Source: Raja brachyura
Taxonomy: Eukaryota
Direction: 5' to 3'
DNA length: 64,000 bases
NCBI GenBank assembly: GCA_963514005.1
Contig: OY740784.1
Span: 25,296,001 to 25,360,000, forward strand
This document shows, piece after piece, positions 12,192 through 24,439 of this stretch. Under the pieces are notes generated by a model. That model was not told the origin of the DNA and did not search any database. It worked only from the letters and a program-made list of their open reading frames with translations. Every line of letters starts with the position of its first letter. The stretch's first letter is position 1. The translations under genes were made by a program, and so were the position numbers.

Positions 12192-12451
12192 ATTAGTTGT
12201 TATTTGTTAAAGAATGAGCTATCATGCATCAAAGAATGCTGGATGGAACATACAATAAAAGTACACGAAGCTTCAATGGGCCAGCTCATGCAATTAGACG
12301 GAATGAAAGTTGTGGAAGAGAATAAAAAGTATGGATACCTGTGCTGATCAAAGCTTCCTCCATCTTTATTTCCTGATTAGGAAAATACAAGAGTAATTTA
12401 TGTTAATGATTTTAGAACAGTAATATTATTCACATTGTATCTGCCCATGCA
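12192..12451 (-). promoter_or_regulatory. Intronic splicing-regulatory cluster around the 34-nt exon (3x UGCAUG RBFOX, 1x ACUAAU QKI)
   Basis: catgca on + at 12223-12228, 12287-12292 and 12446-12451; attagt at 12192-12197. Confidence 0.65.
12339..12372 (-). CDS. SULF1: SULF1 34-nt penultimate exon; frame-shifting, probable cassette exon
   Basis: atcag|GA AAT AAA GAT GGA GGA AGC TTT GAT CAG CAC AG|gtatcc = GNKDGGSFDQHR, matching the Sulf1-type GNKDGGSYDLHR. Confidence 0.93.
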
Positions 12452-12951
12452 TTACCTGAGGAAAAATGGAATGTGGTTAAAATAGAAAGGAAAAGTAACC
12501 TTTGACATGAGAAATAACCAAGAGAACATGGCTTAGACATCCAAACTAAAAGGGAGAACACCTTGTTTCATTGTAAACTAGATCAGTTTGGAAAGTAAGC
12601 TGCTGTATATACTTTATCAGCAGTGAAATCATATATATATACACAAGATTATGTTGGTAAATTTTCACTTTGATTGAATGTGTAAAAGGGCTGATAGAAA
12701 AACAGCAGCTTGTATCGATCACTCCTGACCATATTCCCAGTGGCTTCAATAAAAATAAACATTGGGAAAGCTATAAAATGGGCGAGCAGTTTTCCATTAC
12801 CAATCTTGCGTGATCAAATGTCAAAGTTACCTCCTTGACATCACTTGTGTGCCTCATTTTAACCTATTTCAACAATAGGGCGAGATTGATGCTACCAAAT
12901 AACTGTATATATTATTGCACTGAATTGATTTTGCACGGTTTCACTTTCTTA

Positions 12952-13652
12952 AGAGCCTGTCCCACTGCGGCAACCTAATTTGCGAGGTTAGACGAGTGCA
13001 CTCAATTCAAACTCGCAGCATGGTCGACACATGGTCCTAGGAGGTCACTGCAATTCTCCTTCATGTTCGAGGGACGTTCCCGCCTACTCGCGGCCTCAGT
13101 TTGGTCGAGGAAAATCTTTCAGCATGCTGACAAATTTTCGGCAATTAAAAATTGGTCGGCATGGTTCTTTTGAATTCGTAGTGCAGTGGAGTGGGGTCGC
13201 TATGTAGTTATAGGCAGTCGAGGGCAGCCATATGCAATCTCATTTGCTGACCGGTCATTTTAATTGGCTCATTTAATTGGCTCATCAGAACCAAGGAAAA
13301 CTGACCGGTAATGTTAAATGCCCGCTAAACTTTATTATAAGTTGGCTGGCTTCTTAAAAGTGTCTCCATTCCTTCCCCCCCCCCCTTCTCTCCCTCTAAA
13401 GGACTTACCATAACTGTGCCAGCCGTCTTTTACCTTCCTGTTCATCGCAGGTGTGAATGTCAGACAGCGCTCCCCCGCTTTCCCTGGCCCCCGCCTTTGC
13501 AATGTGTTTGTGCGTGTGTGTGTGTGCGGTCGTTCGATCCAGCTCGCAGTTTCATCGCTGATGGACAATCCACCTCGAGGTTTTTCAGGCGAGTGCCCTC
13601 GAGCTTGAAGGTCGAAGAGTCACTGGAAAATCGCATTATTGGGACAGGCCCT
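12952..13652. mobile_element. PIF/Harbinger-type non-autonomous DNA transposon (MITE)
   Basis: TIRs AGAGCCTGTCCCACT / ATTGGGACAGGCCCT flanked by TTA on both sides (12949-12951, 13653-13655). Confidence 0.85.
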
Positions 13653-14678
13653 TTACCTTCATATAATTTCCACAAGAGTCATGGAGAGAAACCCATTTTG
13701 GCCCAGTGATTCCACATTGATAGTCAATCACCCTTTTACGGTAATCCTACATGAATCTCATTTTATTTGCTCACATTTTCATCAAACCCCCACCAACCAA
13801 GGCCAGTTTCTTACATTCGCCTACACACCTGGGCAATTTAAAAATATGCCACATTCTTGTTAAAAAGGAGAGCTAAATGAATTTAATGAAATTCTTCATT
13901 AAATTAGCAGCAGAAAATACGTTGACCACTTATTTGTTAAAATGAATCTGATTTCAAGGCTCTTCAATCATTGAAAACTGAACATTGGGATTATTAGTCT
14001 GGATTTGCCGGCTGCTTAAGGGCAAAAAACAAAGGCTTTCAGGAAGTTATCCCAAATCAAAAGTGTCAATGTCAATCGAAAGCTTCTGTGTTCTTTTAAC
14101 TGATTTAAAAAGTGACATTTACATGACTGCTCCCTTGTGGTTAAATGTCTGTAATTATACTTTACCCACTGTTAATAACCATCAACATTTAGATACTGAG
14201 ATGTATGGCAAGAATTAAATATTTTTGAAAATGAAAGCAAAAAATGTAATTTTTAATACCTGACCCAAAAACATAAAGTGGACCAGCAGGTTAAAAAAAA
14301 ACAAGTAATCGTGTGTGTCCAATTCTGTTCTGTTCTGTCAAGTTCCGTATTCTACATTGGACTCTCAAGATAGGATCACCTTTGTCAAAATACAATCTTT
14401 ATGGGGCTTTTGAATAAAGTGTGCTGCAATGTTTTAGTTCATTCCAAATATTTCAGATTCCCATGAGGATTTTGTCTGATAAGAATGAGGAAAAACGAGG
14501 GGATTAATTAAATTTCACTGATGCAAAGAGACCATTCAGGAAAATTGACATATGAGGACAAGACCAGGAATTAATTTAGTTTTATGATTAATTTCACACT
14601 ACGAGGTGAAGGCTCCCTGTGAAGGGAGCTTAGAACAAATCAGTGTGCCCTATGTCATCCGTGAATTACAAGGGTTAC

Positions 14679-14802
14679 CTGTTTCTGCTCCCTTGGTCCG
14701 TGGAGTGCATTGCTTGTGTCCTTGGCAACTTCTTAATTCCATTAGCTGTATGTGCAACTGATTAAGTACTTCCCGATCAACCATGTGTATTGTATTTGTT
14801 AG
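14679..14802 (-). CDS. SULF1: SULF1 coding exon (124 nt), ends in phase 1
   Basis: ttcag|CTA ACA AAT...ACA G|gtaacc; [41 protein letters not shown]. Confidence 0.96.
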
Positions 14803-16745
14803 CTGAAAGCAGAAAACCAAACCAGAATTCAGTTTCCCTTTTCACCAGGGGCTGCAAGAATGAGACACATTACAATATTGTCAAGAATACCATGCCAGAA
14901 CCAAGGATGGTTGTGTTTAACTTTATGAGAGCGGGGGGATCTTTATCTCGATGGACAGATATTGAACGATGGGCAGAATTTGACAGATGAGGAACAAAAT
15001 CTGTTCCATTATCGCTATAATGAGTTGCCACACGAGCAGGGGTACTTCAGGTGTGTCACAGAGCAACAACACCAATTACCTTGAGAGAAAATAATGTAGC
15101 CAAAATTTATATAAAATGCATATGAATACTCAGTAATTATTTCATTTAACTGCAGAAAACTGACATTTTAGAACCAATGATAGACACAAAATGCTGGAGT
15201 AACTCAGCAGGTGAGGCAGCATCTCTGGAGAGAAGGCATGGGTGACATTTCGGATAGCATCGGCTAGCATTAGGCATGAGGTATGAGTAACCAACCATTG
15301 CAAGAAAACTGTTTACTTGCTTTGTTTGGGATAACAACCGTAACCTATGGTTAGCAAAATAAAATGTGTTGGAACATTTGAAGTCATAATCAGGTGCTTC
15401 TAATCCTTATTATATTGTAGCCAGACACATTTATAGAAAGGGGAGTGACAATTGTCTAGTACACTGAGCAGTGAGTTTATGCCCCATTATTGTACATGCT
15501 GGAGGTGAGTGTGGCTGACCTAAGGGTTTGTTCCTGGCAGTGGTCCTTAGTTTTGAAGTGCTCTGTTCATAATGGCTCTTCTCTAAATTATTATCTCGAT
15601 GTCCATTTGCCCGATGAACTGAGTGGTCCAGCCTGCTCACGCGACAACTCGTTATAACGACAATGGAGCAGATTTTGTTTCTCATCTGTCATGTTCTGCC
15701 CATCTTTGCATTGATTGGCAAATGTACCTGCTGCCCGTTGTGCAGCACTGTGCATACAAGCACTGCATGCAAGCTGAATGGTTTAGCTTGGCTTGCAAAG
15801 TTGAGGCTCCTAATATAACCAGCCAAGGCAGCCATGTTGTTCTTCCTCACACTGGTGACATGGCGGCACTTTCCTTACGGTTTCTTAAGCTGTACACTTA
15901 GTCGGTACATGCAAAGGCTTTGGACAAAAGAGCGGTCATGCAAGTGATTGCATGAAAACACTGCTAAAAATTAGTGTTACTGCTACAGCATGAACGTTTC
16001 CCAGTGAGACTAGTATTACCTTCTTCAATAATTCCACATGGGCCACCATCCTCTGTGTCAATTTTAAAGACCCTCACATATGCACCGAGACACACATAAA
16101 AAGCAGTAATGGTTCATTAGTTAGGCAGAATACTACTACATTCAACACGTTGAAGTTCTGATGCAGACTGAAAGTTTCAATTGTCGTGATTATGTGACAT
16201 TACTGCAATGTTAGTGTGCCACATGACCAACCAGTAGAATCACAGTTTAAAAAGCACGCACATGAATGCTGCTTCCCTGGTCTTTCCCCATTTGCTCTTC
16301 CCGCTTCTCTCCAAGTGTTGCATTTACCCCTTCAAGCAGCTGCAGGTTCTATGGTTACTGCTCCACCAGGTATTTTCTGCCCTAGTCCAAAAACCTCCTA
16401 CATGCCTGAACTTTTATGGATGACAAGTGTCTCCTGCTCTTAACCATCCCTTTGGTGTCCCTTTGCGCTATCTACAACCATTGCGTGAGATGCTTAGAAC
16501 TGTGTTTAGGCACCATCAAGTTGTTGGAATATTAAATATAATTTAGGGCACGTTGATTGCCAAAATAACTGTTAGCTGAAAATGTCACCCTCCCTCATGT
16601 CTGCTCTTAAAGCAATGGAGCAATCAGGACTATAAATCTAGGTATTATAAGTAATAAACACAATCAATGGCTTCCATCAACTGCATCATCTTCTTATTAT
16701 TAATACATTTTTTAATTGTTGATAACAAAAATAAAATCTCCTTAC

Positions 16746-16888
16746 TTGATATGGATCACTGTTCATGTCGAAATATTCAAGAAAGCCGGTGGCAAATTCA
16801 CAGAATAGGATGTTGTGAGTCTCATTGATGGTCCGCAAACACCAATACGTGTTATTGTTAGAACTTGTACATGCGCAGAAAGAACCCA
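16746..16888 (-). CDS. SULF1: SULF1 coding exon (143 nt)
   Basis: tacag|TG GGT TCT...TAT CAA|gtaag; [48 protein letters not shown]. Confidence 0.97.
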
Positions 16889-17013
16889 CTGTAATGAAAG
16901 AGCACAGTTTTTGCCATGTTATTTTCTAAAGAACGCATTTTTTATGAATGCATTCCAACTGGTAAGTGTACAAAGCAAAAAATAGGGGAAATATATCGAC
17001 CCTCCACATCCTT

Positions 17014-17156
17014 GCGTGGGAAGGAACTGCTGATGCTGGTTTACGTCGAAGATAGGTACAAAATGCTGGAATAACTCAGCGGGTCAGACAGCATCTCTGG
17101 AGAGAAGGATCCGAGACCCGTCTTCAGACTGAAGAAGTTACGCCAGTATTTTGTCT
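17014..17156. mobile_element. Internally deleted Penelope-terminus fold-back insertion with TSD
   Basis: ccctccacat(c/t)ctt at 17000-17013 and 17157-17170; aaggaactgc.gatgctgg end shared with the other copies. Confidence 0.75.
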
Positions 17157-18714
17157 CCCTCCACATTCTTTCCTTTCCATTGAAGCATGTAATGGGTGCT
17201 TGATCCACTACCACTTATTTTTCTGATCCCTACAGAGTTATATATTATTTCCAGCAAGTTCAAAAAGAGAAATGTCCTGTTGTGCAAAGACATAGAATCT
17301 CACAATATGAACTATTTTGAAAATCAAAAATTAACGCGTAATTTCATTAACATGTTATTATTATTTTGGTCTTTAATCTGAATTACGATATAATGGACTG
17401 ATGAAATTAACTAACTGAACATATCTGACTCAAATGGCCATAAAGTTCAACCATAAAGGCTGAACTAAAAGATTCAAGTCTTCATGTAAAAGTTTGCAAA
17501 TCGTATTTTTGCTCATTTATAAAGGCCACAGCATTAGAAATGTGTCCTCTTTTCTATGCATATGTTGAACTCTGCTTCTGAAATTCAATTCTATTGAAAG
17601 AGATATAATTCAATTTCAGAAGAACAAGAGTGCAGAGTTCATGCCCAATGTAGCCAATCCACTCAAGGTATCTCTAGTTGCCATCTTAGGAAATCCTGAC
17701 ACTGAGGAATATCTAGACTTTATTTTACAAGTGTAACTTTTGATAACATTAACGTTGATTGTGACATTCTACCTGCACAGTAAAGAGATTGCTCTGATAT
17801 GATCTAAATAATGTTAAATCTAATTAGAGAATGTGAGTTTCATGTGCGCCTCAGCACATAATTGCCGGGTAACTTATGAAGCAGAAAGTTCCAGGTCTGA
17901 AAGGAACAGACAATGGTTGAATTTGTCATCGACTAGTCCAGGGAGTAGGAGAGCTATTGGTTCTGATCAGGTGGTGAATGTGACAATTCCCCAGTATCCA
18001 CAGAGACAAGCACCACCGCAGAGCAGATTATATTAGTTCACTGTTGTGTCTACTGGTAGCATATGATGGGAGGGAACCAGAGGAAACCAGGTAAAGATTG
18101 TAGGCCATAGATGTAGCTTACTGTGGAAAAGGAAAAGGGTGATGGGTAATTGCCAAAGTCTCAATCACTTAGGCAAAGATACAACTTTAAGATTGTCATC
18201 TTTGCTTTTGAAATCACCCCTGGCCTTTCCCTTTCTTCATAATCTCTGCTGTCCAACCCTCAAGTATCTCTCTCCTCAAGTTCTACCTCCCTCACCCCCC
18301 CCCCCCCCCCCCAGCAACCCGAACATAGCTGATATTAATTGTTTCACCTTTGAAGGCCATGGCCCAAATTGACAAGCCCTAAGCTCTAACATCCCAATCT
18401 ACAAAGGCCTCCATCTCTCTCCCATTCTCTCTAAGGAGGAGAAGTTAGAACTATCCCTTTGACTTATATTTGGTCACCTCATTTAATATCTTCTATGGTA
18501 TTGAATCAACTTTTATTATGTCTCGCAGTACTCTGCAGGAGGATTTTAATGATATTGGAATCTTTGCATTGATAAATGTTTGTTGGATTGGAACAGAGAC
18601 CTTGACAGCTTTAAGGGAAGAGTAAAGAAACATAAGGAGCATCAGATATTTGGGTAAATGGAAGAATCCAAAGTCATTTTAGAAGGATGAGAGGCGATTT
18701 TAGGATGAGAGAGG

Positions 18715-19120
18715 ATGCAGAAGGATAAGAGGGGATCTTATAGAAACATATACAATTATAAAAGGACCGGATAAGCTAGATGCAGGAAAAAAATGTTCCC
18801 AATGTTGGGGGAGTCCAGAACCAGGGGCCACATCTAAGAATAAAGGGGAGGACATTTTAAACTGAGATGCGAAATAACTTTTCACCCAGAGAGTTGTGAA
18901 TTTGTGGAATTCTCTGGCACAGAAGGCAATGGAGGCCAATTCACTGGAAGAATTTTAAAGAGTTAGATAGAGCTCTAGGGGCGATCCGAATCAAGGGGTA
19001 TGGGGAGAAGGCATGTATGGGTTACTGATTGTGGATGATCCGCCATGATCATAATGAATGGCGGTGCTGGCTCGAAGGGCCAAGTGGCCTACTCCTGCAC
19101 CTATTGTCCATTGTCTATGT
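18715..19120 (+). mobile_element. CR1 3' fragment
   Basis: ggggatcttatagaaac...ggggagtccagaacc...cctactcctgcacctattgtc, homologous to 1-400 and 38200-38589. Confidence 0.9.
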
Positions 19121-19915
19121 TATAAATGTCCCCAGTTTGGATCTTGGAACAGGGAGAGCTTTCTAATACATCACCTTGGACAGGTTTCCTATGTTTCTAT
19201 GTAATGAGACTGGATTTGGATTGCTGCAGCAAGATGTTGGCAGAGAAAAGATCAACACGGTGGTCACCTTTCTTGATATAAATTTCCTTTGCCCTCTGAG
19301 TTGAACCAAGGAAGGTTGTGCCATGCTATTACTTTATAATTCATATGAATATCGGAATATCTCTATGTATATCTGAATCTACAAAAAAGAATGAATCGGT
19401 TCACAAAACATTCTATCCCAGTACCACCAACCAACTAACATGTAATGTGTCCATTTTATGGTGAACATTGGTGTAGTATTTACTAGTGGGTACCAAATTA
19501 AGTTTGGTTTTTGCATGAGAAGCGAGATGGTGGCCAGCATTTTGGCACAAACATTGTGGGCTGTTCCGGTGCTGCACTATTCTATGGAACACCAAACTGC
19601 TGCTATGTAAAGGTAAATCGACTTACAAGCTTCATCAAAGAAACCATCTCTTTAATCACACATCGGATTGGCCATATTGTGTGGTCAGTTTGAAGTGCCA
19701 GTGATTCTCTGCCCCAGTAACTTGCAAAATGCTGTAGCCCTGATTAATATATTGTGGTGTAGTTCTAAAGCGATGTGGATGTTTTAGTCCAGAAAGCTAG
19801 TCTAATCCTGAGGCCAGTTACTGGACAACACTATAATTGCACCAGATACAGGGGAGCGGGGATGTTCTCCACCGAGCTGCTAAAGGTGTACCCTACAGAA
19901 AGAAACTCTGCTTAC

Positions 19916-20088
19916 AGTTCCAGTAGGGCGGTGTCTGCCAGTGCTCATTATTGTGTGTGAAGCAGGTGAGGCCAGGCAGGCTGCAACTATCTCCCTTCCT
20001 CATCCGCTTCTTTATTTTACGGTCTTTCTTCTTCCTCCGGTTTTCTTTGAACAGCTGGAGCTTGTTGTCCACCTCCTGAGCGACTTCC
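19916..20088 (-). CDS. SULF1: SULF1 coding exon (173 nt), basic HS-binding cluster and start of C-terminal domain
   Basis: tgcag|G GAA GTC...AAC T|gtaag; [57 protein letters not shown]. Confidence 0.97.
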
Positions 20089-20492
20089 CTGCAGAGAATG
20101 AGCGTGGGATTATGAGTGGTGTAGATATCTTGGACAACACAGTTCCAGCAGCATTCCCACCTCATCAAAATATGCAATTTTGAGCATTACACATGATCTT
20201 GGTTCTGAAACCTCTGATTTCAGGTTTTCTTTACAAATGTTCTTAAGCTATCTTTCTTGATTGGCATGATTGATGGCATCATGGAACTGCAGGCACATCA
20301 GAGGATCTGGACTCTTGAAAGCTTGGAACTATTTCTGTAGATTCCTTGTACTCCAGGCTTCATTACAAAAGCAAAATAAATTGCAGTCACGTCAGTTAAC
20401 GTTTTAGATGTGTGAGCTTCCATCAGAAGTTTGTGTTGAAAGGTCTTCACCCTGAAACATTAACTCCCTTTATCTGTTCACAAAGGTTAGCC

Positions 20493-21300
20493 CCGTGGTC
20501 ACAAGTAGAACATGCAAACTCCACTCAGGCAGCGTCCAAGGTCAGGATCGAACCCTGGTCTCTGGCACTGGGAGGCAGCAGATCCATCAGCTGTGCAACT
20601 CTCCCGCCCTTCAAAATTTCTCACATAAAACCCTTACAAATTTTGCAAAGAGAAATATCCCTGCAGAACAATGCTGGGTATGGGTAATGTGTAAGATGGG
20701 ACTGCAGTTGCTAGTTTAAACTGCAGATAGACACAAAAAGCTGGAATAACTCAGTGGGACAGGCAGCATCACTGGAGAGAAGGAATGAGTGACGTTTCGG
20801 GTCTAAAGAAGGATCTCGACCCAAAACATCACCCATTCCGTCTCTCCAGAAAAGCTGCCTGCCCCGTTGAGTTACTCCAGCCTTCTGGGTATGGGTAGGA
20901 CTGAGGAAGATTACTTTGTAGTTGCATTCACCCACTTGTGGATGACCAAATGGTGCAGCATTAAAGCTGCTTCCTCACAGCTCCAGGGACCCCATGTCCA
21001 ATCCTGATGTTGGGTGCTGTCCATGTAGAGTTTGCATGTTCTCCGTGTGACTACATGGGTTTCTACAGGTGCTCAAAGACATGCAGGTTAGCTAAATGGC
21101 TACTGTGAATTGCTGCAGAGCGGTGATAAGTGGCAAAGGGGAAATGATGTGCATGTGAGAATAGTTTAGTGCTACAAAGAAATAAGTAGAAGGGATGACT
21201 CTTGCGAAACACAAAGTGCTGGAGGAACTCAGTGGGCCAGGCAGCATCTGTGTGGGGAATGGGCAGGCAAGGTTTTGGATTGGGACTGCTCTTCTGTGAA
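20493..21300. mobile_element. Cluster: partial SINE (-, about 20493-20610), Penelope-terminus fold-back with degraded hammerhead (about 20712-20885), decayed SINE (+, about 20948-21120), further terminus fragment (about 21200-21300)
   Basis: Similarity to the better-preserved copies elsewhere in the window. Confidence 0.7.
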
Positions 21301-21639
21301 GAAGTGGTATGGACTTGACGGGCTGAATGGCATTAGAAGGGGACAAAAATAAACTTAACATTACTTGTTGTTGGCAAAATAAAATGGTTTCATTCACTTG
21401 TCAAGGGCACTGCTTTAATAGAAGCTCCAAGAGGGAACAACAATAATATAATTTGATTTAAATTATTTTTTGAACAATTACCCCTCGTTTGAGAAAATTT
21501 GACTTGTTTACTAATGTGAATAACTGATAACCAGCAGAGCACGAGGGCACTTGCCACCAGTCAGTGAGACTGCGACCAGTCCTGTACCTCGAGTCCACAA
21601 TCTCTGCTCAGGCTAGGCCTGCCACAGAGACCCACCTAC

Positions 21640-21714
21640 CTGAAGGGGTGGAGATGGCTGTTCTTGTTCTTCAGTTTCCCTTGATTTCTCATTCCTTTAT
21701 CTCTATTAAAATAA
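21640..21714 (-). CDS. SULF1: SULF1 coding exon (75 nt)
   Basis: tgtag|T TAT TTT...TTC AG|gtaggt; SYFNRDKGMRNQGKLKNKNSHLHPFR. Confidence 0.94.
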
Positions 21715-22429
21715 CTACAGATAACAGAAATAAAGGAGAGTTGTTATGTATAGGAATAAGATTAAAATTCTCATGGTGAGTTCAGCAAACAAGTATTTCC
21801 AGGAGAATGGAGGAAAGACACATAGATTCAGCAGCCTTTTAATCTGCCCATATTTTGCTCAAAACTACTGAGCTGAAATGTGGGGAGAATGTCTGTGGCT
21901 TCAGCATCACAGGCTGTGTGCTTCAGGCCAGACTGCTTCTTCCACCTACGGTGGTCCTGGGCACTGCCAGATGATCAGGCATGCTCAGTGCACAGCAGAA
22001 CCTGTGGTACTGGCTGTTCACCCCGACAGCAGGTGGAGCCTTGCCCCAGGAGTTACCAGCTGGCAAACCTGTTGCTGAAAGAAAATTACTGTACATTTCT
22101 ATTGACATTCACAGTGGTCAAGTGCATCTGGGAGCTATGAGCAAAAGTAAAGTTAAGAACAAAATATCATTTTAAACTAAAACGACTGAACTCCAAGTAC
22201 TAAAAAGCAATGATGTACATTTAAACTAATATTGTTACAACAAAGAGAGATGTCTGCTTGCTACTCCCCGAGTGGTCATTTCTCCCGATGATTTTCAGTG
22301 CAGTGGCGATATTTGAGCCAAGTTTAACCTGATGCCAGGTCAGCTGGCAAGAGGAAGAGATTTAACTTTTTTTTGCCTTCCATCACAGTGAGGAATGTGG
22401 AGGAGTCTCTGTGCTGTATGTTTATGTTA

Positions 22430-22972
22430 AAATATAACCATATAACAATTATATAACATTATATAAAATATAACCATATAACCATATAACCATATAACAA
22501 TTATAACAGCACGGAAACAGGCCTTCTTGGCCCTTCCAGTCCGTGCCGACCATTTATTTCCCCTTAGTCCCATCTACCTGCACTCAGACCATACCCCTCC
22601 ATTCCCTTCCATATACCTATCCACTTTACTTTTAAATGTTAAAATCGATCCTGCCTCCACCACTTCTGCTGGAAGATCATTCCACACAGCCACCACTCTC
22701 TGAGTAAAGAAGTTCCCCCTCATGTTACCCCTAAACTTCTGTCCCTAAATTCTCATGTCATGCCCTCTTGTTTGAACCTTCCCTACCCTCAATGGGAAAA
22801 GCTTATCCATGTCAACTCTGTCTATCCCTTTCATCATTTTAAAGACCTCAATCAAGTCCCCCCTTAACCTTCTGCGCTCCAAAGAATAAAGACCTAACTT
22901 GTTCAACCTTTCTCTGTAACTTAGTTGCTGGAACCCAGGCAACATTCTAGTAAATCTCCTCTGTACCCTCTC
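22430..22972 (-). mobile_element. CR1 3' fragment with (TTATATGG)n tail
   Basis: ORF 22745..22945 SYRERLNKLGLYSLERRRLRGDLIEVFK; (ccatataa)n repeats at 22430-22505. Confidence 0.9.
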
Positions 22973-22979
22973 TTGGCCC

Positions 22980-23997
22980 TTGTTGTGAGTGGGGGAATGG
23001 GGAGAGAGGGGAGCGTTTCCCCCTGGTCCTCACCTTTCACCCCACCAGCCAGCGCATACAACAAATAGTCCTCCACCAGTTTCGCCACCTCCAACGTGAC
23101 CCCTCCACTCGCCACATCTTCCCATCTTCCCCCATCTGCCTTCCGCAAAGACCGCTCCCTCCGCAACTCCCTTGTCAATTCTTCCCTTCCCTCCCGCTCC
23201 ACCCCTTCCCCGGGCACTTTCCCTTGCAACCGCAAGAGATGCTACACTTGTCCCTTCACCTCCCCCATCCACTCCTTTCAGGGACCCAAGCAGTCATTCC
23301 AAGTCCGACAGAGGTTCACCTGCACCTCCTCCAACCTCATCTACTGCATGTGTTGCTCCAGATGCCAGCTGATCTACATCGGTGAGACCAAGCGGAGGCT
23401 GGGCGATCATTTCGCCGAACACCTCCGCTCGGTCCGCAATAACCAACCCGACCTCCCGGTGGCTCAGCACTTCAACTCCCCCTCCCATTCAGTATCCGAC
23501 CTCTCGGTCCTGGGCCTCCTCCACGGCCAAAGTGAGCAACACCGCAAGTTGGAGGAACAGCACCTCATATTCCGCTTGGGGAGTCTGCATCCTCTGGGCT
23601 TAAACATTGAATTTTCTCAATTCTGTTAACCCAAACTGCCCCCTCCCCCTCCCCACCTCTCCCTCAGCACTCGGGCCCTGACATTCCTTCTCCATCTCCC
23701 CCCCCCCCCCCCCCACACCCAAGTCGCACTAGCTTCTCATTTTCACACTACAAACAGCTTACAATGGCCTCTTTCCTTTATCATCAATACTTTTTTGCAT
23801 ATCTTTCATTCATTGTTCTTTATCTCTCCATATCACTGTCTATATCTCTCGTTTCCCTGATCCCTGCCCAGTCTGAAGAAGGGTCTCGACCCGAAACGTT
23901 GCCTATCTCCTTCGCTCCTTAGATGCTGCTGCACCCGCTGAGTTTCTCCAGCTTTTTGTGTAACCCTCGATTCTCCAGCATCTGCAGTTCCTTCTTT
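22980..23997 (+). mobile_element. Penelope-like retroelement, 5'-truncated: GIY-YIG endonuclease end plus 3' terminus with hammerhead motif
   Basis: ORF 23096..23629 has CxxxxCxxC, NLIYCMCCSRCQLIYIGETKRRL (GIY-YIG), HLRSV, VAQHFN and PLGLN, the PLE endonuclease signature. Confidence 0.92.
23869..23904 (+). ncRNA. Minimal type-I hammerhead ribozyme motif in the PLE terminus
   Basis: CTGAAGA (23873-23879), a, GGGTC tc GACCC, GAAA (23893-23896), cgtt. Confidence 0.7.
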
Positions 23998-24105
23998 AAC
24001 AAATTGCAATACCATCCAAGACCCACAGAGGGACCCGATTTCCATCTGCAACTGGGATTAATTTGGCCCAGCAAGTTAGTCATTCATCTTTTTTTCCCTG
24101 CTTTT

Positions 24106-24406
24106 GTTTTAGTTTAAGATATACGGCACAAAAACAGGCCCTTTGGCTCACCGAGTCCGCACCGACTAGGGATCCCCGCACACTAACACTACCCTACACA
24201 CACTAGGGACAATTTAACATTTACACCAAGCCAATTAACCTGCAAACCTGTACGTCTTTGGAGTGTGGGAGGAGACCTCGGAGAAAACCCACGCAGGTTA
24301 TGGGGAGTACGTACAAACTCCGTGCAGACAGACCCGTAGTCAGGATCGAACCCTGGTCTCTGGCGCTGTGAGGCAGTAGCTTTACTGCTGCGCCACTGTG
24401 TCGCCC
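24106..24406 (-). mobile_element. HE1/V-SINE-like element, near full length
   Basis: A-box tggcgcagcagta and B-box gggttcgatcc on minus strand; 3' end shared with CR1 UTR (ggcctgttt). Confidence 0.9.
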
Positions 24407-24439
24407 AGCTATCTAGCAGTTTGCAGGAATTTAGTTTAC

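Noticed and set aside
24330-24406. tRNA gene
   Set aside because: A/B boxes are present but run straight into SINE body and tail in about ten copies, with no complete cloverleaf.
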